From NCBI GenBank assembly GCA_030295235.1, contig AP026139.1:1-64000 (forward strand): 64,000 nucleotides of DNA, written 5' to 3'. Position numbers and translations under genes: made by a program. Positions 37,198 through 48,303 of the stretch are shown here, piece by piece; the stretch's first letter is position 1; the number at the start of each line of letters is the position of its first letter. The notes beneath the pieces are model-generated. The model worked only from the letters and a program-made list of their open reading frames with translations. It did not search any database and had not been told where the DNA came from. Source of the DNA: Fistulifera solaris (taxonomy: Eukaryota).

Positions 37198-38416
37198 ATG
37201 AGTGCACCCAACAATCACATTTACGCTTCCTCCTCGAGCGAGGAAACCAAGTCTTTCTTGCCCAGCTTTTCTTCGTCTTCCACAGTAGCGGCAGTTCCTT
37301 CTATACTCCCAACAACCGAGGAAGATTTCCGCAAAGCACTCCAGGAAGCATTTCTGCAAGGCACACAGGCTGCAAAATTGCCCAAATCACCGGAAGAATT
37401 TGCACAAGCTTTGCAAGAAGCGTTTGCTCGGGGTGCACAAGCCGCTGTAGGAAGAAAACCAGCACCGGGTGTGTTGAGCTCGGTTGTATCGTGTCCCGAT
37501 TTGTATCGAGCAGCGTCTCCAGTCATTCCCTTTGCCGCGGCGGCGCCTCCTCCGGAGGCTATTTCTGCGGCTACGATTCTTCCCTCACAATGAACATCCC
37601 CAATATCGCGTCGTTCTACCTGCGCCCGTCGAAACACGCAGTTTCTCTATGCCTGACATGACGGCTCTGCAGCAAGAAGACTTGAAACGGCAGAATCGTC
37701 TCGCCCGCAATCGAGCTTCGGCTCGTCAAAGGAGATTGCGTAAAAAACATCTCGTCGAATCCTACGAGGCACAAGTCATTGCTCTGGAACAGCGGCTACA
37801 AAAGTTGCACAACTTGCAGTGGGGAGAGACGTCCACCGAATTGTTGAATGCTTTGAGTTTGGATCGAGGACAGGATGAATTGAAGTCGACCGAACGGCAA
37901 CAAGCTGCTGCGCAAGCGTTAGCGCAACAATTGCAAGCGGTTTTGCAGTTGGAACAAATTATGGAAGAGCAGTTTGCTGTTTATCAAGTCGCAATGGGGA
38001 ATCCGCTATTTCTTGGTGAGGGCAACGAGGACTTGGCGTTGGAATTGACGGACGAACAAAGGCTAGTGTTGCAAGAACAAGCAAAGACGTGGCAAGAGGA
38101 ATGGGACGCTTTGCAAACGACGAAAGAAATGTTACAAGCATTGCAAGAACACGAATGGTTGTGGAAAAATGGTATACACGAAGCGGCAGAACCCTTCAAG
38201 AGTCTTTTGTCGAAGCAGCAGCGCACCAAGTGGTATATTTGGGCCGATGCCAATGGTGATGCTCTGGATGAGCTCTACGTCGTGGAGCCTCAGTACGCGG
38301 ATGGTCCGTTATTTCAGTTTGGTACCGAAGATCTCATGCCAGAAGACGCCGCGAAATTGACGCAAGCGACGGTAGGGGGCGGTGGTGGAGAGGGACAGTT
38401 GGACTGGACTTTTTGA
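37198..38416 (+). CDS. bZIP transcription factor (paralog 1)
   Basis: KRQNRLARNRASARQRRLRKKHLVESYEAQVIALEQRLQKL. Frameshift near 37583. Confidence 0.9.
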
Positions 38417-39080
38417 TGCTATTACTTCGGTACTATAGATAACAAGGGTCATCAATCATTTCGTTTATTCCATTTAACGGAGAGATCCAAATATCGTAGC
38501 GCGGGATGATTTAGTCCTTGGGACTCAGCAGTTCCTGTGATATTTCAAGTCTTGATTAGAAACAATATACTCATGGTCCTTGAGTTGATAAGAATCGAGG
38601 CGTCTGTTGGAAATGATTTTCATGTTGAGATATCTTGTTAAGACATTACTTGCTTTCGACGAGTTCAAAGTTCAAATCGGACTGATTATTTATTCTCCAG
38701 TATCCTCTCAACTCTCACGACTCAAGGTCGGATAGAAGATAGAAGCCGCTTCAGTTTCTCTTACCTGTACTCTGTATACATCTTCTGATTTTGCATACCC
38801 CTCAATTCGTTACTCAGTCAACAACACGTCAAAACAAGTGAAACATGATTTTCGAAATTCCAGCATGTTTTGCGATTCGTTCAAGAATACCCTAGTTTCT
38901 TCGTCGTGGAACGACCATCGCGTGTCTCCTTACTCTGAACTGAAGTGTACCTGGACAAATGTTTCTCGAAATTCGGGGAAAACTCCAGGAATCTCACCGG
39001 CGTTCGGCATCGGAGTATCTCCAACACTAACGATTTCCCCTCAAATTGACACCAACTCTCACTTTTTGAAAACTGCAACC

Positions 39081-39898
39081 ATGCCGCGCAGAAACACTCC
39101 TTCCTTGCTAAAGCAGCGTAAAGAGAAAAGTGACCGAGATACAAGGTCTGGTCGTAGCGAAATAGAGAAACAAAACTCGAATAAAGACGATACTTCTTCG
39201 CTTCAGAAGGACTTGCATCAAGTATTAGTAGTTGCTACGAAACAACTGTCCCTCGTTAATGAACAAACTCCAAGCGGCGAAACAAATCTGTCATTGAATA
39301 GTACCTTCTTGCTTTCAAAGTGCAATCTACCTTCTGAAGCAAGCTCGCGGCCAGGTCCTGTGGTCAGCTCGTCTAACGACGATGTCGAAGTGAACGGAAC
39401 TAATCAACAACCGGAAAACGGGACCTCTAAAACAAGCCAAGTCACGACTGATAATGCAAAAATAGCAACCGATCATGATAGGAACGGCCATGAACAAGAT
39501 TGTACCGCAGTCGATAGGGTGTGCCTTTTCATCAAGTCAAGTCGAATACCTTCAGATTTTTTCAACCTGGCTCGAAAATTCTTAGCCAAGGCGGTAGAAA
39601 TTGATCTCATTGCGATGGAAACGGCCATTATTGTTGCTGTGGATACAGCCAATTTGTTGGAGCGATCGAAGTACGCAACCATACGTCGGTAAGTAAGAAA
39701 AGCGCTTACTTCGTTCGTTTCCTTTACGAAAATGCTAATGTATTCTTCCACACGAGCAGGGTGATAACAGATAATGTGGATACTACGATGGAGTTTCGTA
39801 TCGATACAGGCGCCCCGATCCGACGATCACGCATTTGTATAACAATACGAAGAACCGAGGATTACACCAACTGGTTGAAGGACAACAGCGAAAGCTAG
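39081..39898 (+). CDS. Alba-domain protein (paralog 2)
   Basis: FFNLARKFL..IDLIAMETAIIVAVDTANLLERSKYATIRR|VITD..RSRICITIRRTEDYTNWL. Intron 39689-39759. Start uncertain. Confidence 0.8.
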
Positions 39899-40951
39899 CT
39901 AATAATAGATAGAAGTGGTAAGACAACTTCAAGTCGTATCAAATGAGAAATGAAGTGCGTTTTGTCGAGGAGAGGAGTCGTCGCTCGCTTTTCAAGTTCA
40001 AGGTTCGTTTCTCAATTAAAATGGGAGGGCGGCGGCTAAAAATTCCTCGTCTTGCTGTCGCTGCTTGTTGGGAAAGACCGTTTCGATTAGGGTTTTTATA
40101 CAAGACATCTCCATCGCATTCTCACCCTCGTAAAAAAGACCTCGTACTTCGTCTCTTCGATAAAAAATAGTAACGCGTTTCCCATTATGTCAAACTTTTG
40201 TCCTATGAATTCTACTGTAGGCTTGGTCCACATTTTGAACTATATAAATTTCTGTCAGTGTGTCAAAGGGCTGTCAACGGATTGCATCTGGTACTCGTGA
40301 AAAGCTTCTTTGATTAGCATCGAAAAAACTTTTGCTCCGCCATACTTTGAAGTAGGTCCTATGTAATCTGTAATGCATGAGATTGATGACTTAATGACAC
40401 AATCATGGACAAAGCTATCCACAGGCACCAAACGAGCTGGTTCAACTATTTTAGAGAAAATGAAAATGGACAACCTAAAACAGTCCGAATGTCAAAAGTG
40501 CATTCTGACCATAAGAAACTACAAAGTAGGGAATAAAATTAACTAGAATAGTTAGCTAGTTTACGTCCAAACGAGCTGGTAGCTCAATCATGTTTGGGGG
40601 CATGGGTTGGCCTTTTATTGATCAACTCCTCGTAGTGTTTAAAGAAAGAGGCATTCATTATCAACTAACGTTGGTATCCATGAAAAAAGAAGAAAAAACG
40701 AACAACGAGGCCAGGCTGTTGTTAGAAGTGCGAATCATATGAAAAACAACGCGTTGGTAGTTGTTGCGTGTGTTAGGCGTTCGGAAGCTCGGGAGCCATT
40801 TTTTCAAGTATATAATCCTTTCCCAACGGATCCTTCAACTAGGGTCAAACAAAAATACTACAGAATGGCTGTTAGTCGATTGATGCTTCTGTTTTGATTG
40901 GTTGTCTTAGCTTGAAGTAGCGTTGGCTTTTCCGGATCGCGGAAATCGGAA

Positions 40952-41040
40952 GTCAGGGAAGGACGTTAAAATTCTGCCTCCCAGTACAACATTCTACCTA
41001 GCGTCTACGATGAGGCAGAATTTTAACGCCGTCCCCAGAC
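40952..41040. repeat. Short palindromic dispersed element, copy 2 (inverted relative to copy 1)
   Basis: Perfect 17-bp stem CGTTAAAATTCTGCCTC / GAGGCAGAATTTTAACG. The loop matches the reverse complement of the copy 1 loop with few differences. Confidence 0.8.
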
Positions 41041-41095
41041 AATTATCGTCTACTACTACAGTTTTTTTTTGACAATTATCGTCTACTACTACAGT
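41038..41095. repeat. 25-bp perfect direct repeat separated by a T-run
   Basis: GACAATTATCGTCTACTACTACAGT at 41038-41062 and 41071-41095, with only T8 between. Confidence 0.9.
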
Positions 41096-41437
41096 AGGTT
41101 TTTCGATTTTCGGATGAGGTTATAAAATAGTTCACCGTTGACAGGCATGGTCACGCTTCACGCGTGCGACGTACGTCAAATGTTGAACGAACGAAAAACG
41201 ACGCGTCATGAAGGGCGCTATCAAAGAAACAGTTGCATCGGCTCGTTCTGAATTTCGACTTTCTGATCACGTCGTGCGAATGCTTTCGTCAACGACTTTT
41301 GGATTGAAAATGAAATAATAATGATGACAAGTTTGAAATCGACGATAGTGTCGTCTGACGAACAACAACAGAGTAAGCGTCATTTTTTCTTTTTTTGAAC
41401 GCATCATCGTCTTGCTTCGAAACAAATCATCGCAAGT

Positions 41438-42535
41438 ATGTCATATCCTGCAACAAATGAAGACTATTTAAAGGCTCTTGAAGAAGCGTATCGACAAGGG
41501 GCGGCAGCGGCGGCGCAAATGGCATTGCAAGAACAACAGTCCATCAACAATAATAGAGGAGCATCATGTCCGGATTTTAGCGGGCAGCCGGTGGCTTTAA
41601 ACGGCAATCAGCATGCTGCACTACTACCGTTCTCTGTCCCTGATCCGCTCGTTCATCATGATGTAGCAAGCCAACCGCAACAACAGCAGCAAGCCGAGTT
41701 CATCATGCCCCCTCCGCCGCCCCCCTTCTTCGATGCTACAACACGACATTGTGCCCGCTTTTCCTGCACAGCATCGTAGCTTTTCTATGCCGGATATGAG
41801 TGTTTACGCGTCACAGAAACAAGAAGATATTAAGCGTCACAAGCGCTTAGCGAGAAACCGCGCTTCGGCGCGCATTCGTCGTTTACGAAAGAAACATTTA
41901 GTCGATGCATATGAGTCAGAGGTCAAGTCGTTAGGCAGTACATTACAGCGTTTGAAAGAACACGAGTGGGGAAATGGAGACGATCATCCAAATCTTTTAC
42001 AGTTGCTGAGCATGGAACGAGGACAAGACGACGTTGAAGCCTCACAAAGACAGGAAGTAGTGGCTTCTATTTTGTCACAGCAACTTCAAGTCGTTCAGCA
42101 GTTGCAAGAACTTATGCAAGAACAGTATGCGCTTTATGAGGTTGCAACAAGTGACACCATAGACTTCGAAGAATTGGCCTCGATTTTAGAACTCACGCCG
42201 AGTCAGCGGAATCAAATTCGTGACCAAGCTACAGGTTGGATGCAAGAATGGCAGGCACTGCAAACGGTTGAAGCCTCGTTAATCCGTATGCAAGAAAACG
42301 AGTGGCTATCAAAAACGGTGTGTCCGAGATGGCGGAGGAGCTATATGCGCTGTTTAATAAAAATCAGCTCACTAAATTCTTGATATGGACCGACATCAAT
42401 CGAGACGCTATCGATCTTGTGAACATAGTGAACACAAAGTCAAATATGAGCATCGAGCATGACGGACCTGTCTTTCAATTTGGTGTTGAGAATATCTGTG
42501 ACGACGGCTTTCATCAAAGCGAACTCAATTTTTAA
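41438..42535 (+). CDS. bZIP transcription factor (paralog 2)
   Basis: KRHKRLARNRASARIRRLRKKHLVDAYESEVKSL; collinear with paralog 1 through GPVFQFG. Frameshifts near 41723 and 42312. Confidence 0.9.
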
Positions 42536-43171
42536 TGTCTATACGGTCCTGAACTCTAATAACATACCGCCCCTATTGAAATTACCTTTAAGCGCTAGGT
42601 TTGCCCTTTTTATTCTAGTTTAGTTGATACCAGAAACTAAAAGCAGAACCTTCGAAGACGTTAGACATCGAAGGGCGGATCAGTTATGAGGGTTAAGAGT
42701 TAAGACAGGATGAAATTACACGATACGGGACTGACTCACATGTTACACGGTTGAACTTGAAAAACACAATGTCCGACGTGGAAGGATGCGCTTGCAGTAC
42801 ATCACACGTACACACGGGACGGAAAAGTAGTTCGTCAGAAGTCATGGAATTGAATCCAAGTTGTAAATTGTCGATGTCATCTTGAACCTGAACCACCAGC
42901 ACGAGCAGATAACGTACAAAATAGTGCTTTGTAATGTACGTACCAGGTAGTATGTGTTGCGGGCCAAATCAGCGGAAAAGAAACGAAGCCGATGGCCATC
43001 TGGCCATCTTTGTCAACAACGACGACAACAAAACAACGAAAGCAACACAAAAGTAACAAAGGCGGCCAGAGTCCAGAGTCTTTCAACAACCACAAGTTTA
43101 TCGTGGTAATCAATTTGAGGGGATCCACGCCGGTCGTAGTGGTATGGTGACAGCCTTTCTGGAAAACAAAG

Positions 43172-44175
43172 ATGGAGGAGGGAAATAAGAGTCAACAAGA
43201 ATTGAAAACATCATCTAATTTATCAACGGATGCAGTATCGGAAGACGAAAAGCCAGCAAGCGGCGAAAGAGCACTGGAGGAGCAAAGTTCGCTGGCCGAT
43301 AGTGTTCCGTACAGCTGGGAAGCCATGTCGGTCTCCTCTCTTCTCAGTCAACAACAACAACATCTGCAGCAACATCAACAGTTTCATCCGTCGTTTCATT
43401 CATTTCACACCAGCGGCTATGAAAGCCAGGCTCACCATTACTATGCGCAAGGTGAGCCTCAATTACAGTACTTTCAATCGCATCCCGGAAATATGCAGTC
43501 TTCTTTCCAAGACGACCCGCAATCGCTAGATCACCTGCAGCAGCATTATTATCAAAATCCCCAACAAGAATTTCCACGAACACAAAATAGTCCTCTTCGA
43601 TCCAACTACTTTTCCACTCCTCGAAATGATTCTACCATTCACGTGGCAGCGGGCAAGAGTCCGACCGAAAATGTAAGTTTGTATTGCTAATAATTTCAAG
43701 CATTCTTCTCGCCTATCCCCAAACACAAATACCTCACAAGATTGTTTTGATATGTGCGCGTTCGATCGTTAACAAAGATGAATTTGGCACGAAAGTTCTT
43801 GGTGCATCATGAGATTGTTTATTTGAGTGCCTTCGACGCTGCAATCGTGATTGCTATCGATGCCGCGCTTTTATTGCAGCGATCAAAATATGCTACCATC
43901 GTACGGTATGTCATCTGTTGCGGATGTTTTGTAACATTTTGGTGATTGCTTTGATCACATTCCATACTAATGAATCTTTTCTTTCCCCTTTTATCACGCC
44001 AAGAGTCGAGACCGATACCGAGGACCGCGTCGAAATGCAGCAACACAATCGTCACGACTCATCTCCATCTTTCGCATCTATTGTAAAAAGACCACAAATC
44101 CGTATAACGCTGCAACGCAATGAAGAGTTTGTGCAGTGGCTCACTGAAAACAAGAATGATGCTGGGGCGATTTGA
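43172..44175 (+). CDS. Alba-domain protein with a Q/H-rich N-terminus (paralog 3)
   Basis: NLARKFL..VYLSAFDAAIVIAIDAALLLQRSKYATIVR|VETD..QIRITLQRNEEFVQWL. Introns ~43673-43740 and 43906-44003. A frame problem remains near 43748. Confidence 0.72.
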
Positions 44176-44656
44176 CGGAAGAATGCTCCATCCATAAACG
44201 TGAGTTATGAGAAGTGCCACCGTCCTGCCATCTCAGGACGTTCTATGTGAATGAAATGGGGTGTTGTGCTGTGTCTGTTTCTGTGTTGAGTTGCAACTAT
44301 AAACAACGATACTACCATTATAGAATGAAGACAAGATTAGAAACGGCAAGCAGTACTACCAGTTACTGGTATTTGCATCCAAACGTTGTGCGAGACCGTG
44401 ACTGAATTAAGTCACGTTGTTGCGCGCGATCGAATGCGCGTGAGAACGTGAAAGTTGCTGACTCACAAAAACAGTCACAAAAAGTGACACAGTTTTTTTT
44501 TTCAAACATCACAATCGTTCTTTCTCTCACCATCACACAATACAAGTACAAAATACAAGTGTTTGTAATCGTCGTCTGGATGATATCATTCTACCAGCTC
44601 AACCCCTTTCAAATACTAACACCCGAGTCGTCTTCCTCTACCTTACTACTTTGTAC

Positions 44657-46340
44657 ATGATCGTTCGATTGTTCGTATTGTCAACATTGCTTTGCTTTAC
44701 AATAACTACCAGCATGTCGACTTCTTCCAAGAGAGCGTCCTGTCAAGCCGTCTATTATTGGTTTCGCAACGATCTACGTTTACACGATCATCCCGCACTC
44801 ACAGCAGCCATTCAACGGGCATCTCAGTTGCAAGTTCCTTTCATTCCAGTCTATTGCTTTGATCCGCGTTACTTTGGATCGGAAGCTTATTCGGAATACG
44901 GAAGTTGGAAGTGCAGTCCTCGCCGTGCGCAATTCGTGTTGGAATCGGTCAGCGATTTACAACAGCGTCTCATAAATGCGGGCTCGAACTTGGTTGTGGT
45001 AACAAGACAAACTCCGGAAGACTACTTTGCGGCAGACACGACGAGCCACTATTCCAAAGCGCTTCTCTATTATCAGGAAGAAGTGTGTCGAGAGGAAAGG
45101 ATGATTGCCAAGAAAGTGGCACAGCACTTTGATCGGCAAAATGTACAAGCTATTTGGGGTTCCACCTTGTACGAATTATCGGAATTGCCGTATTATGATG
45201 CTCCCGAAACCATGCCAGATACCTTTACTCCTTTTCGCAATAAGGTCGAAAAGAAATGTGTCATTCCCAAGCCATTACACGCACCCACGAAGCTACCACC
45301 GTTTCCAGCCGATGTGAAAACGCAACCCGCATCGAAACTGACCTTGGTGGACATTGGATACCAAGGATTGTTGGGAAAATTACCACACGATCCACGCGGT
45401 GTCATGGAATTTTTCGGAGGTGAATCGGCCGGTTTGGCGCGTGTCAAAGAGTACATTTGGACCAAAGATTTGTTGCGTCATTATTTTGATACCCGGAATG
45501 GGATGCTGGGTGCCGACTATTCGTCCAAGTTTGCACCTTGGCTGGCCCACGGATGCATTTCACCCCGTTTTGTCGCACAGCAGTGTCAACGCTATGAACA
45601 AGAACGCGTCGAAAACAAGTCGACGTATTGGTTGATCTTTGAATTACTGTGGCGGGACTTTTTCAAATTCTTTGCCTGGAAACATGGGGATACCTTGTTT
45701 CCAGCCCGGTGGTACGATTCAAAGCACGAAGCGTTGGAAAACATTTGAGAAATCCTTGCAAGCGTGGAAAGATGGAAAGACCGGGTATCCCTTGGTCGAT
45801 GCGAATATGCGCGAATTGAACGCCACGGGGTTCATGAGCAATCGAGGCCGTCAGAATGTTTGCTCCTTTCTGTGCTTGGAATTGATGCAAGATTGGCGTT
45901 TGGGAGCTGATTACTTTGAGAGCACGTTATTGGACTACGACGTGTATTCCAACTGGGGTAACTGGTGCTCGGGAGCTGGAATGACTGGTGGACGTATCAA
46001 TCGCTTTAATATTGTGAAACAATCCAAGGACTACGATCAGCACGGAGAATATGTCAAACACTGGTTGCCTGAGTTAAAAGACATTCCAGCGAATCTTGTG
46101 CATGAACCGTGGAAAATGACACAGTTTCAACAAACGGAATACAATTGTCGTCTAGGTGTCGACTATCCTCATCCCATTGTGAAACCTTTTGATGCCACAC
46201 CTAAGCAGGGACCAGACGGTACAGGAGGACGTGCGAACGGACAAAAGGGTAAGCTGGATACTCACAATCCGAACCGCAGTCGAGGACAGCGAAGGGATAT
46301 GAAAAGCCTTAACAAAGGATCCTATAGAGTCGAAGGATAA
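44657..46340 (+). CDS. Cryptochrome DASH (photolyase/cryptochrome family)
   Basis: WFRNDLRLHD, TRNGMLGADYSSKFAPWLAHGCISPR, STYWLIFELLWRDFF, GFMSNRGRQNV, FESTLLDYDVYSNWGNW. Frameshift near 45700. Confidence 0.93.
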
Positions 46341-46766
46341 GTGATTACGGAGTAATAATTAATGATAAAGATGCACCTAGTTTCCATGGACGCCCTAGTT
46401 TTCGGAAAACTTAGTTTGAATATGCTATGCAAGAGGCTCTAGTATGACAGACAGGGCCTTATGACTCAGGCGGCAGGAGGCTATTGACTACATTAACCTA
46501 TTCATCTCACTGCTTCCACAGCCCAGCTCTCATCTCTTTTCGTAAGCCTAAAGGGTACGGAGTATAACGGTAACAACTAACTTTGCGCTGGACATAAAGC
46601 CTTGAGCCTAAAAAACAGCCTTGACTCTAGGCTTTTTCAACGTGTTTCTCGCGCGCTTTTCGCTTTCGCCCATTATTTCGAAAACATCGCCCTTTGAACA
46701 AATTTCCTCACATGCGTTGCATCGGATAGCATTGATTAATAACAATCAAGAAGACGCAGCTTAAAG

Positions 46767-48170
46767 ATGCAAGATTGCTGGTACCGACAAATTCCCGACG
46801 ATGAACTCACTGAAACGCAACGACAAATAGCCGACAGCAGTGAATCGGCAGTCCATCTTTGTATGATCCAATCACCGACGTGTCTTCAAGATGTTTTGCG
46901 GATTATGGACAAGAAGACTATTCTATGGCTATGGGGACTTGAAGGATCTATCACCTTGGCAGACAGCGACTTTATTGACGATAGGTGTAGCTCGTTACGA
47001 GTCGGGCGAGTCGGTGGGGTACGATTTGTGATATATGGATCAACTGATCAAGTGGTGGCGCAAATCGCATCCTTGCTTTGGAGTCTACATGATCGCGAGG
47101 ACGGATCGGACTTTATCGTTATTATTTATGGCTTTCACAATATGTTTGATTTCTCGGTTGTTACCCCGCGGCAATTGGCTTCTCTTTTCGAGAACAACCC
47201 AAACAGAAAAACGCATTTGCATGGATTGTCATTGAATCCGAAGCAGGCGTCGATTCTCGCCTCGCAGCCCTTCAAGATAGATCTGAGACTAGCGAATTGT
47301 GTCTTCCCACCGGAAGATCAGACTTTTTTGGAAGTCTTAGAACGTCGAACATCGCCCTTCGGCAATTTAAGACTGCCAGTTGATAATCCATTTGCACCGG
47401 GCACACAGACTCGGCTATTCGAAATGCCAACTCTCGGCTTTCTCTCTATTTGTCCAGCTGCCCTCGAAAGCAAGAACATGTTGCTGTCGCCCTTTTCTTC
47501 CAAAGTAAACAAACTCAAGTTTAGCTTGGATAAAACAGACGATCAATGGCGACATGTGAAATCGGTCAACATCGTTCCCAAGAAGTGTGTCTTAAAGGTC
47601 CAGTGCAAGTGCTATGGCTTTCCATCGGTCTTTCTACAAGCCACGGGTCACCTGTCCGAATTAGGGCTCATCTATTCTTGCGCTACTCCCTCAAAGCAAG
47701 AACTTGCCGATTTAGCGACGGCCGTCGACACGAATCACAATCTGCGAGTTCTCGAGATCGGAACTCTGGATCGACACTGGGTATCTTCTTGGCAAAATCT
47801 CATGGCTGTCCTCGCACGCCATATTGGCCTGAATACTTTGAAGCTTAAAGTTTCCATTGATGCCACCAGGACTCATAGATTCGCCAAGATTTGCCGCGGG
47901 CTTCTTTGGATGCTAACGGAAAATTACAGAATCGACGTCATTATTGTTTCGCCAAACAAAGGTGTCAACATCATTTGGAATGAAGCATTGCATGAAAGAT
48001 TGACACTCAATCGATTTTTGCGCGGTTGCAAGGGGCTCACAAGGGAGATAGAACTAAATCGGACGGCACTATTGGGTTTAGCATTGATGGAAATTATGCG
48101 CCACGATACTCGCCGCACCGCCGCCTTGCTCGCCGACAACATAGATGCAATTTGTGTTTTGTTGCAATGA
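46767..48170 (+). CDS. Hypothetical protein of the RNI-like/degenerate LRR family (paralog 2)
   Basis: Intact 467-aa intronless ORF, alignable by eye with 48304-49787 (R.TPFG.L, GFPSVFL.A, NRF..G, RE.E..R). Confidence 0.8.
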   Translation: MQDCWYRQIPDDELTETQRQIADSSESAVHLCMIQSPTCLQDVLRIMDKKTILWLWGLEGSITLADSDFIDDRCSSLRVGRVGGVRFVIYGSTDQVVAQIASLLWSLHDREDGSDFIVIIYGFHNMFDFSVVTPRQLASLFENNPNRKTHLHGLSLNPKQASILASQPFKIDLRLANCVFPPEDQTFLEVLERRTSPFGNLRLPVDNPFAPGTQTRLFEMPTLGFLSICPAALESKNMLLSPFSSKVNKLKFSLDKTDDQWRHVKSVNIVPKKCVLKVQCKCYGFPSVFLQATGHLSELGLIYSCATPSKQELADLATAVDTNHNLRVLEIGTLDRHWVSSWQNLMAVLARHIGLNTLKLKVSIDATRTHRFAKICRGLLWMLTENYRIDVIIVSPNKGVNIIWNEALHERLTLNRFLRGCKGLTREIELNRTALLGLALMEIMRHDTRRTAALLADNIDAICVLLQ

Positions 48171-48303
48171 ATGTCATGGTGCGCAGCATAACTTAAGAGC
48201 TAACATTTCATGTCCCACGCAGAACGGAATACTTTATCGACAAATGTCACCGTTATCCGCAATTGGTCTCTCTGCAATCGCCTTCGTTCGTTTACTGTCC
48301 ATC

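Noticed and set aside
15438..41180. Scattered TGACGT (bZIP/aureochrome-type) and E2F-like sites in promoters
   Set aside because: Motifs are too short to separate from chance without genome-wide statistics.
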